A stretch of DNA of 15,654 nt from an archaeon (lineage in GTDB: Archaea > Asgardarchaeota > Thorarchaeia > Thorarchaeales > Thorarchaeaceae). Of the stretch, positions 1 through 7,244 are shown one piece after another (the first letter of the stretch is position 1; the number at the start of each line of letters is the position of its first letter). Location of the stretch: positions 1-15,654 of the forward strand of contig JAJRZD010000009.1 in the NCBI GenBank assembly GCA_024275415.1. Reading direction: 5' to 3'. A program made the translations under genes and the position numbers. Below the pieces are notes generated by a model, which saw only the letters and a list, made by a program, of their open reading frames with translations, searched no databases and was not told the DNA's origin.

Positions 1-2
1 AC

Positions 3-224
3 AACGTCACCATGCTGGTGAACGACACGTCAGGCAACACAGCTACAGCCATGGTGTACCTCACCGTGACAGGGGCTCCGACAACCGGAACTGACACCAG
101 TACTGAGACTGACACAGGTACTGGGACTGGTGGGGAAACACCTCCACTACCTGACAACCTCCTGTTGATTGTCGCCATCGTAGCCGTGGGGCTTGTCATC
201 ATCATGACAAGAAGGAAGCCGTAG
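3..224 (+). CDS. 3' end (partial, runs off the left edge) of a membrane-anchored surface protein: last Ig-like strands, Thr/Gly linker, C-terminal TM helix and basic tail
   Basis: Frame is open from position 3 (NVTMLVNDTSGNTATAMVYLTV, an Ig-like beta-hairpin end). It continues with a TTGTDTSTETDTGTGTGG linker, the hydrophobic LLLIVAIVAVGLVIIM and RRKP. Tandem stops TAG TAG at 222-227. Confidence 0.85.
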   Translation, partial: NVTMLVNDTSGNTATAMVYLTVTGAPTTGTDTSTETDTGTGTGGETPPLPDNLLLIVAIVAVGLVIIMTRRKP

Positions 225-239
225 TAGTTTCATTTTAGA

Positions 240-275
240 GAAACCTCTTCTTTAGGTTTCCACTACTCCTTTTTT
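240..275 (+). terminator. Hairpin plus T-tract terminator after the surface-protein gene
   Basis: Perfect 7-bp stem GAAACCT (240-246) / AGGTTTC (254-260), followed by T6 at 270-275. Confidence 0.6.
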
Positions 276-508
276 CAAACGGCAAGATGTGTCACTACAA
301 CTTCATAGTCTTGACTGTGGATCATGGCATATGAACGCCTACAGGACTCATCAAATGCTTGTCTAAGAGTATATGAGGATAGTAGGTTTTCTGCAACTGC
401 TGCACACTTCCAGCTTGAATGGAATAAGAACGTGAATCAACAACGGGATGACAAATTGCTTGTCAAATATGTTTAATAGTTCTTTTGAGAAGCCAATTAT
501 GATAATTA

Positions 509-1603
509 ATGACTGAGTCCAAAAAGAAAGACACTGATATCGAAACTGCAAAAAGAGTTCTTGAGGCATTAAGAAGAGATCCCAGATTGAGAGAGCAATT
601 CTTTGAAGTAATCGAGCCTGGACTCTATGTCAAACGGGATGAATTTTCTGAATTACTACACGAAATTAAACAATTGCGATTAGAGAGCAACGAACGCTTC
701 GAGGAGTCGAGAAGACGTTTCGAGGAGTCAGACAAACGTTTCGAAGCCATGCAGCGAGACTCGAGAGATCGTTTCGAAACCATGCAACAACAGATAGATC
801 GGCGTTTCGAAGAGTCAGACAAACGTTTCGAAGCTATGCAGCAAGAATCGAGAGAGCGTTTCGAAACCATGCAGCAACAGATAGATCGGCGTTTCGAGGA
901 GTCAGACAAACGTTTCGAAGCTATGCAGCAAGAATCGAGAGAGCGTTTCGAAACCATGCAACAACAAATAGATCGGCGTTTCGAGGAGTCAGACAAACGT
1001 TTCGAAGCTATGCAACAAGAATCAAGAGAGCGTTTCGAAACCATGCAGCAACAGATTGATCGGCGTTTTGAGGAGTCGAGAAAACGTTTCGAAGCCATGC
1101 AACAACAGATAGATCGGCGTTTCGAAGAGTCAGACAAACGTTTCGAAGCCATGCAGCAACAGATAGACAGGCGTTTCGATAAAGTGTTCGAGCGCTTCGA
1201 TGAGCTCTCGTTGGCATTGGGTCACGACTTTGAAGAGTTCAACAGCTATTGGTTGGAGACCTTCCTCCTTGAACAGGGATACCCGAAAGTTGCCATCAAG
1301 AAACGACATTTATTCGATAAGAACTACACAGTGTTCCCGAACTCGAAGGATGTAGAAGTGGATTTGTTCAATGAGGAGCCCTTGGTGATAGGAGAAGTGA
1401 CCGCTATAGTACGGAGTATTGACAAGGTGACCGTTTTCCTGAAAAAAATAAAGTTCATCGAGAAAGAACTTGAGCGCGAAGCGGAATACAAGATATTCAT
1501 CACCTATGCGATAGATCCTGAAATCAGGGAAGAAGCAGTCCGGCTATTGAAAGAGGGCGGTGTGACTCTTTTCACCCTGCGTCGTCCGCTCAAGACAGAC
1601 TAA
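509..1603 (+). CDS. DUF3782-like protein: N-terminal helical segment, long repeat coiled coil, C-terminal PD-(D/E)XK nuclease-like domain
   Basis: 364-aa ORF with RFEES/RFEAMQQ repeats, followed by ALGHDFEEF...DVEVDLFNEEPLVIGEVT. This matches the known architecture of archaeal coiled-coil + PD-(D/E)XK-fold proteins. Family name assigned by eye. Confidence 0.8.
   Translation: MTESKKKDTDIETAKRVLEALRRDPRLREQFFEVIEPGLYVKRDEFSELLHEIKQLRLESNERFEESRRRFEESDKRFEAMQRDSRDRFETMQQQIDRRFEESDKRFEAMQQESRERFETMQQQIDRRFEESDKRFEAMQQESRERFETMQQQIDRRFEESDKRFEAMQQESRERFETMQQQIDRRFEESRKRFEAMQQQIDRRFEESDKRFEAMQQQIDRRFDKVFERFDELSLALGHDFEEFNSYWLETFLLEQGYPKVAIKKRHLFDKNYTVFPNSKDVEVDLFNEEPLVIGEVTAIVRSIDKVTVFLKKIKFIEKELEREAEYKIFITYAIDPEIREEAVRLLKEGGVTLFTLRRPLKTD
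695..1192 (+). repeat. Intragenic tandem repeat: four 87-bp units (716, 803, 890, 977) and two 54-bp units (1064, 1118), built from 21-bp and 33-bp modules
   Basis: Read directly from the sequence. Units encode RFEESDK-RFEAMQQESRE-RFETMQQQIDR (29 aa) and RFEES(R/D)K-RFEAMQQQIDR (18 aa). Confidence 0.97.
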
Positions 1604-1777
1604 GATTCTGATTTAACAGTCATAACAAAGAGGTGTTTCCTATCTGATACCGTGATTCGAGCAAGTGCCATTGTCAAAGTCGCGGTTGTGCATTCTATCC
1701 AGAGTAAGACTGTCCTGCATGAAGTTTGTAAAAATTCAGAGCCTTAATTACACTGAGGTGGAGACATTTGAAGCGCA

Positions 1778-2293
1778 TTGTACAATGGCTTTCTGATTAG
1801 CGGACTGCGTGGTGATTATGACGATTCGACCTATCGAGATGCCTATGAGCTTTGGCTGAACGAGATAGCATTCATGCTCCGTCCTATGGTCACTTCTCCC
1901 GCGGATCTTGAGTTCCAATCCGGTACTACAGGGCATAACTTGGTCTGGGATGGCTCAAATTGGTCACCAGCATCTTACAATGTAACTGTGAATAGCACAG
2001 CAGCCGCCACTGGAGCATGGGACGGTTCACCAGTCGTCTATTCGCTTGACGACCTTGAGCAAGGTACATGGATTGTCACCATCACACTTGTGGACAGCCT
2101 TGGTGAAACAGTAAGTGACACAGTAGTCGTAACGGTCACACAAGCCTCTCTTTTCGGAAACCTCGACAACAACATGCTCATCCTTATCGCAGCTGCAGCA
2201 CTGTTTCGTATCATCCTCGCAGTCATATGCAGCAAGCAGAAAAGTGGGACGACAAAGAATGCAAAACCAAGGCCTCGGAAGAAGAAAAAGTAG
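1778..2293 (+). pseudogene. Probably 5'-truncated surface-protein gene: one Ig-like domain, TM anchor and Lys-rich tail
   Basis: PMVTSPADLEFQSGTTGHNLVW...WDGSPVVYSLDDLEQGTWIVTITLVDSLGETVSDTVVVTV is an Ig-like module. There is no signal peptide, the TTG start lacks an RBS and lies just after an in-frame TGA (1769-1771), and an Arg sits inside the TM helix (ALFRIIL). Confidence 0.6.
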
Positions 2294-2341
2294 AATATGA
2301 TGGATAATGGATGCTTTCGTCACTGATAGCATCCCGTTCTA

Positions 2342-2351
2342 TTTCTTTTTT
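2342..2351 (+). terminator. T-tract, possible archaeal terminator of the 1778-2293 frame
   Basis: TTTCTTTTTT about 50 bp after the stop codon. Confidence 0.35.
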
Positions 2352-2394
2352 GAAGTACAACAACCGGTTCTATCGTGTCCTTGTTAGAAACTAG

Positions 2395-2431
2395 AAAAAA
2401 AGAGATGAAGGGGGCAAAAAAGCCCACCTTC
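2395..2431 (-). terminator. Hairpin plus T7 terminator of the caspase-family gene
   Basis: Minus strand reads GAAGGTGGGC-TTTTTT-GCCCCCTTC (stem with one bulge), then ATCTC TTTTTTT. It begins 17 bp after the stop codon. Confidence 0.65.
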
Positions 2432-2447
2432 AGGGACAGACAGGTTC

Positions 2448-3548
2448 TTACAATGTAAAGAATGCTGCTAGGTTCCCGTCGAACTCCTGGGGTGTATCAG
2501 CACCGCTGTAGGGGTAGTTCGCAAGAGCCCAGTCAAAGCAGTCCTCCATATTGGTAAAGCCCTGACCCACAAGGCCTGCTTCCAAGAACCAATATGTCCA
2601 AGCACCGTTCGAGTATTCGGGTACATCGTAGCCATATCCGGTATCTGTACAAGTTGTTGTCAGGTAGATGTTACCTGCGTTAGCATTTGACATCAACTCG
2701 TTCATTCCGCCAGAGTAGCAGTGGTCAAGAAAGACAAAGACTTGGCAGACAGCCGGTGCGAATAGGCTTGCCATCTCCACATCTGTGAAGGAGCCATCCT
2801 CACCATCCTGGCCTGCTCCATAGTCCCAGCAGCAGATTGTTTCTCCACCTGTATAGGTTGTCCCATGTCCCGAGCTGGCAAAGACGAAAATATCGTCAGC
2901 ATCAGCCAGAGCAAGGAAGTCTGCTATTGCTGTCTTGACGTTGTATTCTGTAGCTAGTCCATCCCATTGTGGGTACGAGTTTGTACCATCGCCGAAGAGC
3001 TTGATCGTGTAACCAAGCCCTGAGAGATAGTTGTACCAGTCTGTGGCATCCTCATCACAGTATGAGAGGTCGCTGACTGCATAGTAGTCAGAAATCCCAA
3101 CTATGACTGCATACTTGTTCTGCCCTTCTGGGGGCGGCGGTGGTGGTGGATCAACCACATTGTCCACAGTCACTGTGATAGAATCAGAGCCTGTGAGACC
3201 ACCACTGTCAGTAGCGGATGCGGAGATGGTATGGGTACCATCAGCGACGGCCGTCGTATCCCAAGTATAGGAGTTTCCAGTTACTACAGCAACACCATCT
3301 ATGGATATGGTCGGAGTGAGTGTACCATCTTGTGCGTCTGTTGCAGTCGCAGTGATGGTAACTACTCCCACCACAATGGCTCCATCGACCGGTGAGTCTA
3401 TTGTGACGGTTGGTGCGGTGTTTCTCCATCTTCCAAAGCCACCTGGACGGGCGACCACACCGTCAGACTGGGCTGCGACAGGCATGACTAGGACTGTCAA
3501 GCCAAAAAGGAAGAGTAGAAGCACACCGAGTAGGGGTTTTCGATTCAA
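2448..3548 (-). CDS. Secreted caspase-family (peptidase C14, metacaspase-like) protease with signal peptide, Ig-like domain and poly-Pro linker
   Basis: Likely start is TTG at 3548 after GAGGT; the ORF-track ATG at 3644 runs through the AT-rich promoter. Signal peptide NRKPLLGVLLLFLFGLTVLVMPVAA. Ig domain APTVTIDSPVDG...DSITVTVDN, then P7 linker. C14 motifs: KYAVIVGISDY, LSYCDEDA, FVFASSGHG (catalytic His), VFLDHCYSGG (catalytic Cys), GAWTYWF. Confidence 0.9.
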   Translation of the reverse strand: MNRKPLLGVLLLFLFGLTVLVMPVAAQSDGVVARPGGFGRWRNTAPTVTIDSPVDGAIVVGVVTITATATDAQDGTLTPTISIDGVAVVTGNSYTWDTTAVADGTHTISASATDSGGLTGSDSITVTVDNVVDPPPPPPPEGQNKYAVIVGISDYYAVSDLSYCDEDATDWYNYLSGLGYTIKLFGDGTNSYPQWDGLATEYNVKTAIADFLALADADDIFVFASSGHGTTYTGGETICCWDYGAGQDGEDGSFTDVEMASLFAPAVCQVFVFLDHCYSGGMNELMSNANAGNIYLTTTCTDTGYGYDVPEYSNGAWTYWFLEAGLVGQGFTNMEDCFDWALANYPYSGADTPQEFDGNLAAFFTL

Positions 3549-3596
3549 GGTAAATACCTCTGCGAAAATAGGTAATCTGTTAGAAATAAAAACTGA

Positions 3597-3640
3597 TTTA
3601 TAAATGTTCTTTAATTTCGAGGCAAAAGCATACTTATAAG
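3597..3640. promoter_or_regulatory. Divergent archaeal promoters: TTTATAAA (3597-3604) for the caspase gene and CTTATAAG (3633-3640) for the + strand operon
   Basis: Two TATA-like boxes, each with a purine-rich BRE-like segment upstream on its own strand, in the AT-rich gap between the inferred starts at 3548 and 3672. Confidence 0.55.
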
Positions 3641-3671
3641 GCACCTTTCATTTATGACGGTCGGTGAGAAG

Positions 3672-4151
3672 ATGAGCCGCTTGTATTTGAGAGGAGTGAT
3701 TCTGATTGTCACTCTCGTCTTGTTCGGGTCTCTGTCCATACCAACAGTCAGTGCCCAACCCCGAAGTGTAACAGTGACAGATGTTGGTTCCATCTGCATT
3801 TGCGATGCGTACTATGGAGACCTTGATGGTGACTCGTACGAAGATGACATCAAGATCCTCTTGAACTTCACATTGGACATCCAGCCATCACGAGTCGAGA
3901 TATTCATGGACATCACCCTTCCTTCAGGGAGCGGATACTCGTTCTTGGTGGTCATATACGGGATGACATCCCATGCTATCCTCAACCTAGACTGCATTGA
4001 TATGGCTACTGAGGTCGGGATATACACAATCACGATGAACGCGCTGCTCTATGGAACTGGCGGTGGGAAGATACTGATCATGGACGAGTTCCAGTTCGAC
4101 CCTCCTACAGAAGCTGGACCTGGACTTCCAACAGTGTATGCGTATTTCTGA
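3672..4151 (+). CDS. Small secreted hypothetical protein, beta-rich, with a DxDGD-type Ca-binding-like motif
   Basis: ATG at 3672 follows GGTGA (ORF track starts at 3654). Signal peptide SRLYLRGVILIVTLVLFGSLSIPTVSA; motif GDLDGDSYEDD. Confidence 0.75.
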   Translation: MSRLYLRGVILIVTLVLFGSLSIPTVSAQPRSVTVTDVGSICICDAYYGDLDGDSYEDDIKILLNFTLDIQPSRVEIFMDITLPSGSGYSFLVVIYGMTSHAILNLDCIDMATEVGIYTITMNALLYGTGGGKILIMDEFQFDPPTEAGPGLPTVYAYF

Positions 4152-4176
4152 ACGAAATCGAGAGGGTCGGCATCGA

Positions 4177-5283
4177 GTGAACAGACAGAAACTGGCGCTC
4201 CTGTTCAAACTCCAGGAAATGCCAATGGCACCGGATGTCAAGCTAGCAGAAGCAGTCGGAGTGTCCCCACCAACAGCCAAAGTATGGTTAGAAGGACTGA
4301 AATCTGAACAGGTGTATGTCGGAGTACAGGCCAACCTCAATGCTCGCAAGCTAGGATTGCAGGTCTACGACTATCTTGTAGAAACAAGCTCTCATGATAG
4401 CCTATTGGCAATAGAGCGGTTCTGCGATTTGCATCCATATACGATATATAGAGCTAGAGTGTATGGTGGAGGGACTCACGGGATACTGGTACAGTTCAGG
4501 CAGCCACCCGAGAGCCACAGGTTCTTGCAAAGGGCATTCGGTGTATTTCAGGACAAGAACCTAATCAAATCAGTGCGAGAACTTCCCACTTTGCTTCCGG
4601 ACTACTGCTCGATCTATACAAGACCCAGACTTGAGGCATGGGAACCTGAAACCCTCACTTGGAAGTTCGACTGGGAACAATGGTGGAAGGACAACTCTAG
4701 CACAACCCAGTCCCATGTAGAGGTCAAACGAACAGAGCCTGTTGAGACGTTCCAACTGGATGCTCTAGACGCCAAGATCCTTGAGATTATCACACGAGAT
4801 GCACGTCAGAAGAATATCCAGATAATAGAGAAACTGGGACTCGACAAGAATGCCGTGGGAGTCCAACAGATGGTTTCAAAGAGGCTCAAACGACTCCAAG
4901 AAGTCGTGGACTCCTATTCAGTGTTCGTCAATTGGACACACTTTGATGTCTATAACACATCGATGGTCGTCGCCCATGCCTCACCAGATGTGACCGAACA
5001 CCTTCACGCCAAACTGAGCAATGGACAGTTTCCGTTCGGCTCCAGTATGAGAAAGACCCCCAATGGCTTTGTCTGGTCAACAAGACTCCCTTCGGCCCAT
5101 CTGTCCGAACTCATCACGCTGGTCTGGAAAATAAGTTCCGACTTTGAAATGTTGACCATCGACTACAAGCATTCTCAGCGTTATGGATTATGGGCTGAAA
5201 CCTTCAACGAGAAGACGGGTTCTTGGAAGAGTGACGAGGAGTTCATCCTGACAAACCCATTGAAAAAGCTCAAATTGCTTTGA
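4177..5283 (+). CDS. Tandem (duplicated) Lrp/AsnC-like winged-helix transcriptional regulator
   Basis: Likely GTG start at 4177 after GAGGGT (ORF track starts at 4138). First HTH: LAEAVGVSPPTAKVWLEGLK...ANLNARKLGL. Second unit: LDALDAKILEIITRDARQKNIQIIEKLG...VSKRLKRLQE. Each is followed by a beta/alpha domain. Confidence 0.8.
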   Translation: MNRQKLALLFKLQEMPMAPDVKLAEAVGVSPPTAKVWLEGLKSEQVYVGVQANLNARKLGLQVYDYLVETSSHDSLLAIERFCDLHPYTIYRARVYGGGTHGILVQFRQPPESHRFLQRAFGVFQDKNLIKSVRELPTLLPDYCSIYTRPRLEAWEPETLTWKFDWEQWWKDNSSTTQSHVEVKRTEPVETFQLDALDAKILEIITRDARQKNIQIIEKLGLDKNAVGVQQMVSKRLKRLQEVVDSYSVFVNWTHFDVYNTSMVVAHASPDVTEHLHAKLSNGQFPFGSSMRKTPNGFVWSTRLPSAHLSELITLVWKISSDFEMLTIDYKHSQRYGLWAETFNEKTGSWKSDEEFILTNPLKKLKLL

Positions 5284-5306
5284 CTTGTAGATTATGTTTG
5301 TGTTGT

Positions 5307-6194
5307 CTAACACGATGCGGCAACACTGCGAATCCTTTGTAATATCAGTCCATGAATCTCCTTGATTGCAGATTCATAACTTCGAAAGTGAAGGACATAG
5401 ACACCACTCTTCATCGCTCGCTTTGACATATATTCCTGTATTTCTCGGGCTGCCTCAAACTCCCGCTCTCGTTGCGTTGGATCATTGCTTATCGTTTGAA
5501 GCCCGCTTACCTTTGTCTTTGCCATAAACATCGCATGATGGGTTTCCTTGTCAGGATGTACCAGTATCTCCGTCACTGCATTACTAATCCTCTTGAGTGA
5601 ACCGGGGATGATATGAACGCCCTCGACAATGGCATTCGCCCCCTCTTTAATGCATCTTGAGATGCTCTCACGCAACAATCTCTCCATCAGTTGAACTTGT
5701 GCGATATAACCACGCACCACTGGACTCAAGTTATCAGAACCGACTTGCTTGTAATTGTAAGCTTGATATGTGTGGCAATAGAGTTCTGGTACCTCACTTT
5801 TTGACATCAATGCTCTTAGGAGTTGGCGTACAGTGTCCGTGCTGAGCATCCTTGTCGCAGTGATGCTCTTGACTAGCGAGATTGAAAGCATCGACTTTCC
5901 TGTTGATGAAGCACCTTCAAGGACGACTATGAGCGGATGGACTGACCGCGTTCGGCATAATCGTTCATACTTGACTATTGACCTGAAATCCTGCTTGAAA
6001 CGTCGCTCTAGGTTGGATTCGATATGCTGATATAATTCATCGAGCGATACCTCAATACCAGAGAACAGTGACTGGATCTCAAAGACTAATGACTGTACAT
6101 GTTTGGGCGATAGTCCACAAAGCACCAGTTTACCTTCGAGTGTGGAGAATGGGTACGGGATAGAATACTCGCCGACAGTGATGTGCATGTCCAC
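5307..6194 (-). CDS. pgk2: 2-phosphoglycerate kinase-like P-loop kinase
   Basis: PLIVVLEGASSTGKS (Walker A), LSTDTVRQLLR, PELYCHTYQAY and IVEGVHIIPG match the archaeal 2PGK family pattern. Substrate not established. Confidence 0.75.
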   Translation of the reverse strand: MDMHITVGEYSIPYPFSTLEGKLVLCGLSPKHVQSLVFEIQSLFSGIEVSLDELYQHIESNLERRFKQDFRSIVKYERLCRTRSVHPLIVVLEGASSTGKSMLSISLVKSITATRMLSTDTVRQLLRALMSKSEVPELYCHTYQAYNYKQVGSDNLSPVVRGYIAQVQLMERLLRESISRCIKEGANAIVEGVHIIPGSLKRISNAVTEILVHPDKETHHAMFMAKTKVSGLQTISNDPTQREREFEAAREIQEYMSKRAMKSGVYVLHFRSYESAIKEIHGLILQRIRSVAASC

Positions 6195-6359
6195 TGTTTT
6201 GGGATTCGCTGTGATAAATGCAACTCTGTGGAACCGATACGAATAATACCAGAACGAGATTTGCGAATGATGCCTAACACCTGACTAAGGGCAATACAAC
6301 CATACAAAAGTGATATAGCCCCTTGGGATGGTGTCAATCTGAATGGGAGGTAGAATACC

Positions 6360-7244
6360 CTGTCCACGACTCGACAGAAGAAGCTTGCATTCGTTGAAGA
6401 CATCATTGACCTGAGCAAGCGAGGTGATATGACCCTACTTACGAGTCGACTACAGGGTTACTGGGAGGATAAAAGGAAGTACCCCTGGCATCGGATATAC
6501 TCCATGATTGAAAAGCACTGGGAAAAAGCGGGAATTGATGAGGATCTGGGGGATGTGCTTATCCTTATCCGAGATGCGGTGTTCGGGGCATTGGACATCC
6601 ACTCTCTGTCTTTGGCAATTGACACTCCTACTGCAGATATCCTTGATATTCTCTTAAAAGCAAAAGACTGGTCAGAAGGGAAAAAGCATGTGAGGAACTA
6701 CTGCGCAAAGGAGATCAAGACCTTGGTTTCCAAGATGAAACTTGACTATCTCGATGATCGAGCATTGGCAAGGGATGGCTTCGGCTATCTTGTAGAGGAT
6801 CTTAGGAATGCCCAGCTCTAACAATACCGCAATGCACGACCAAAGCAAGAAAAGGGCTCCCTCAGCCTGAAGGAGCTCAGAGCGTCCGTCCATGGAAGAC
6901 ACCTCCTGCGAGAACTGGGAATAGATAGCCAATCGCTCCCAGAAGGCTCACCTGATGCTGAACGTCTGTTGCAAGGTTATGAAGGGCGACTTATCGAACT
7001 TGAAACGGATACCAGCAGGATAGACTTTGATATCGACTCGATACAGCAACTCACGTTGAATGGCGAATTGGTCGAGGACTCACAGTCAGATGGAGGAGCG
7101 AAAAAGAGTGAGCCTAAGAAGATCGAAGTGGATCAAGCACCCCTTACGAAATATATCTCAGGAAAGAAGGCAAGCCGAGTGCGGATGAAGAAGCGCAAGG
7201 CAAGACAAAAGACGGGTGTAGTCGAGTCGGAGGGGGCAAAGTAG
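6360..7244 (+). pseudogene. Hypothetical protein: one reading frame (CTG 6360 or ATG 6429 to TAG 7244) interrupted by a single in-frame TAA at 6819-6821
   Basis: ORF-track entries 6429..6821 and 6969..7244 are in the same frame, and 6822-6968 is open (QYRNARPKQEKGSLSLKELRASVHGRHLLRELGIDSQSLPEGSPDAERL). The frame is also open upstream to CTG 6360, which lies 8 nt after GGAGGT. Confidence 0.6.

Noticed and set aside
324-476. 50-codon ATG ORF (MAYERLQDSS...) in the first intergenic region
   Set aside because: No recognisable motif or RBS; short enough to be chance.
716-1171. Regular repeats considered as a CRISPR array
   Set aside because: Units are contiguous with no unique spacers, are multiples of 3, and lie in frame in a CDS with synonymous variation.
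625-1217. Long antisense ORFs with periodic Cys-Cys repeats (625..1152, 1008..1217)
   Set aside because: Shadows of the sense-strand coding repeat: an 87-bp unit with no stop stays open when repeated.
3549-3644. 32-aa N-terminal extension of the caspase given by the ORF track
   Set aside because: It crosses the AT-rich TATA region. TTG 3548 has a GAGGT RBS and gives a clean signal peptide.
6819-6821. Selenocysteine or pyrrolysine recoding at the internal stop
   Set aside because: The codon is TAA, whereas Sec uses TGA and Pyl uses TAG. The TGA-ending genes in the window end at plausible C-termini.
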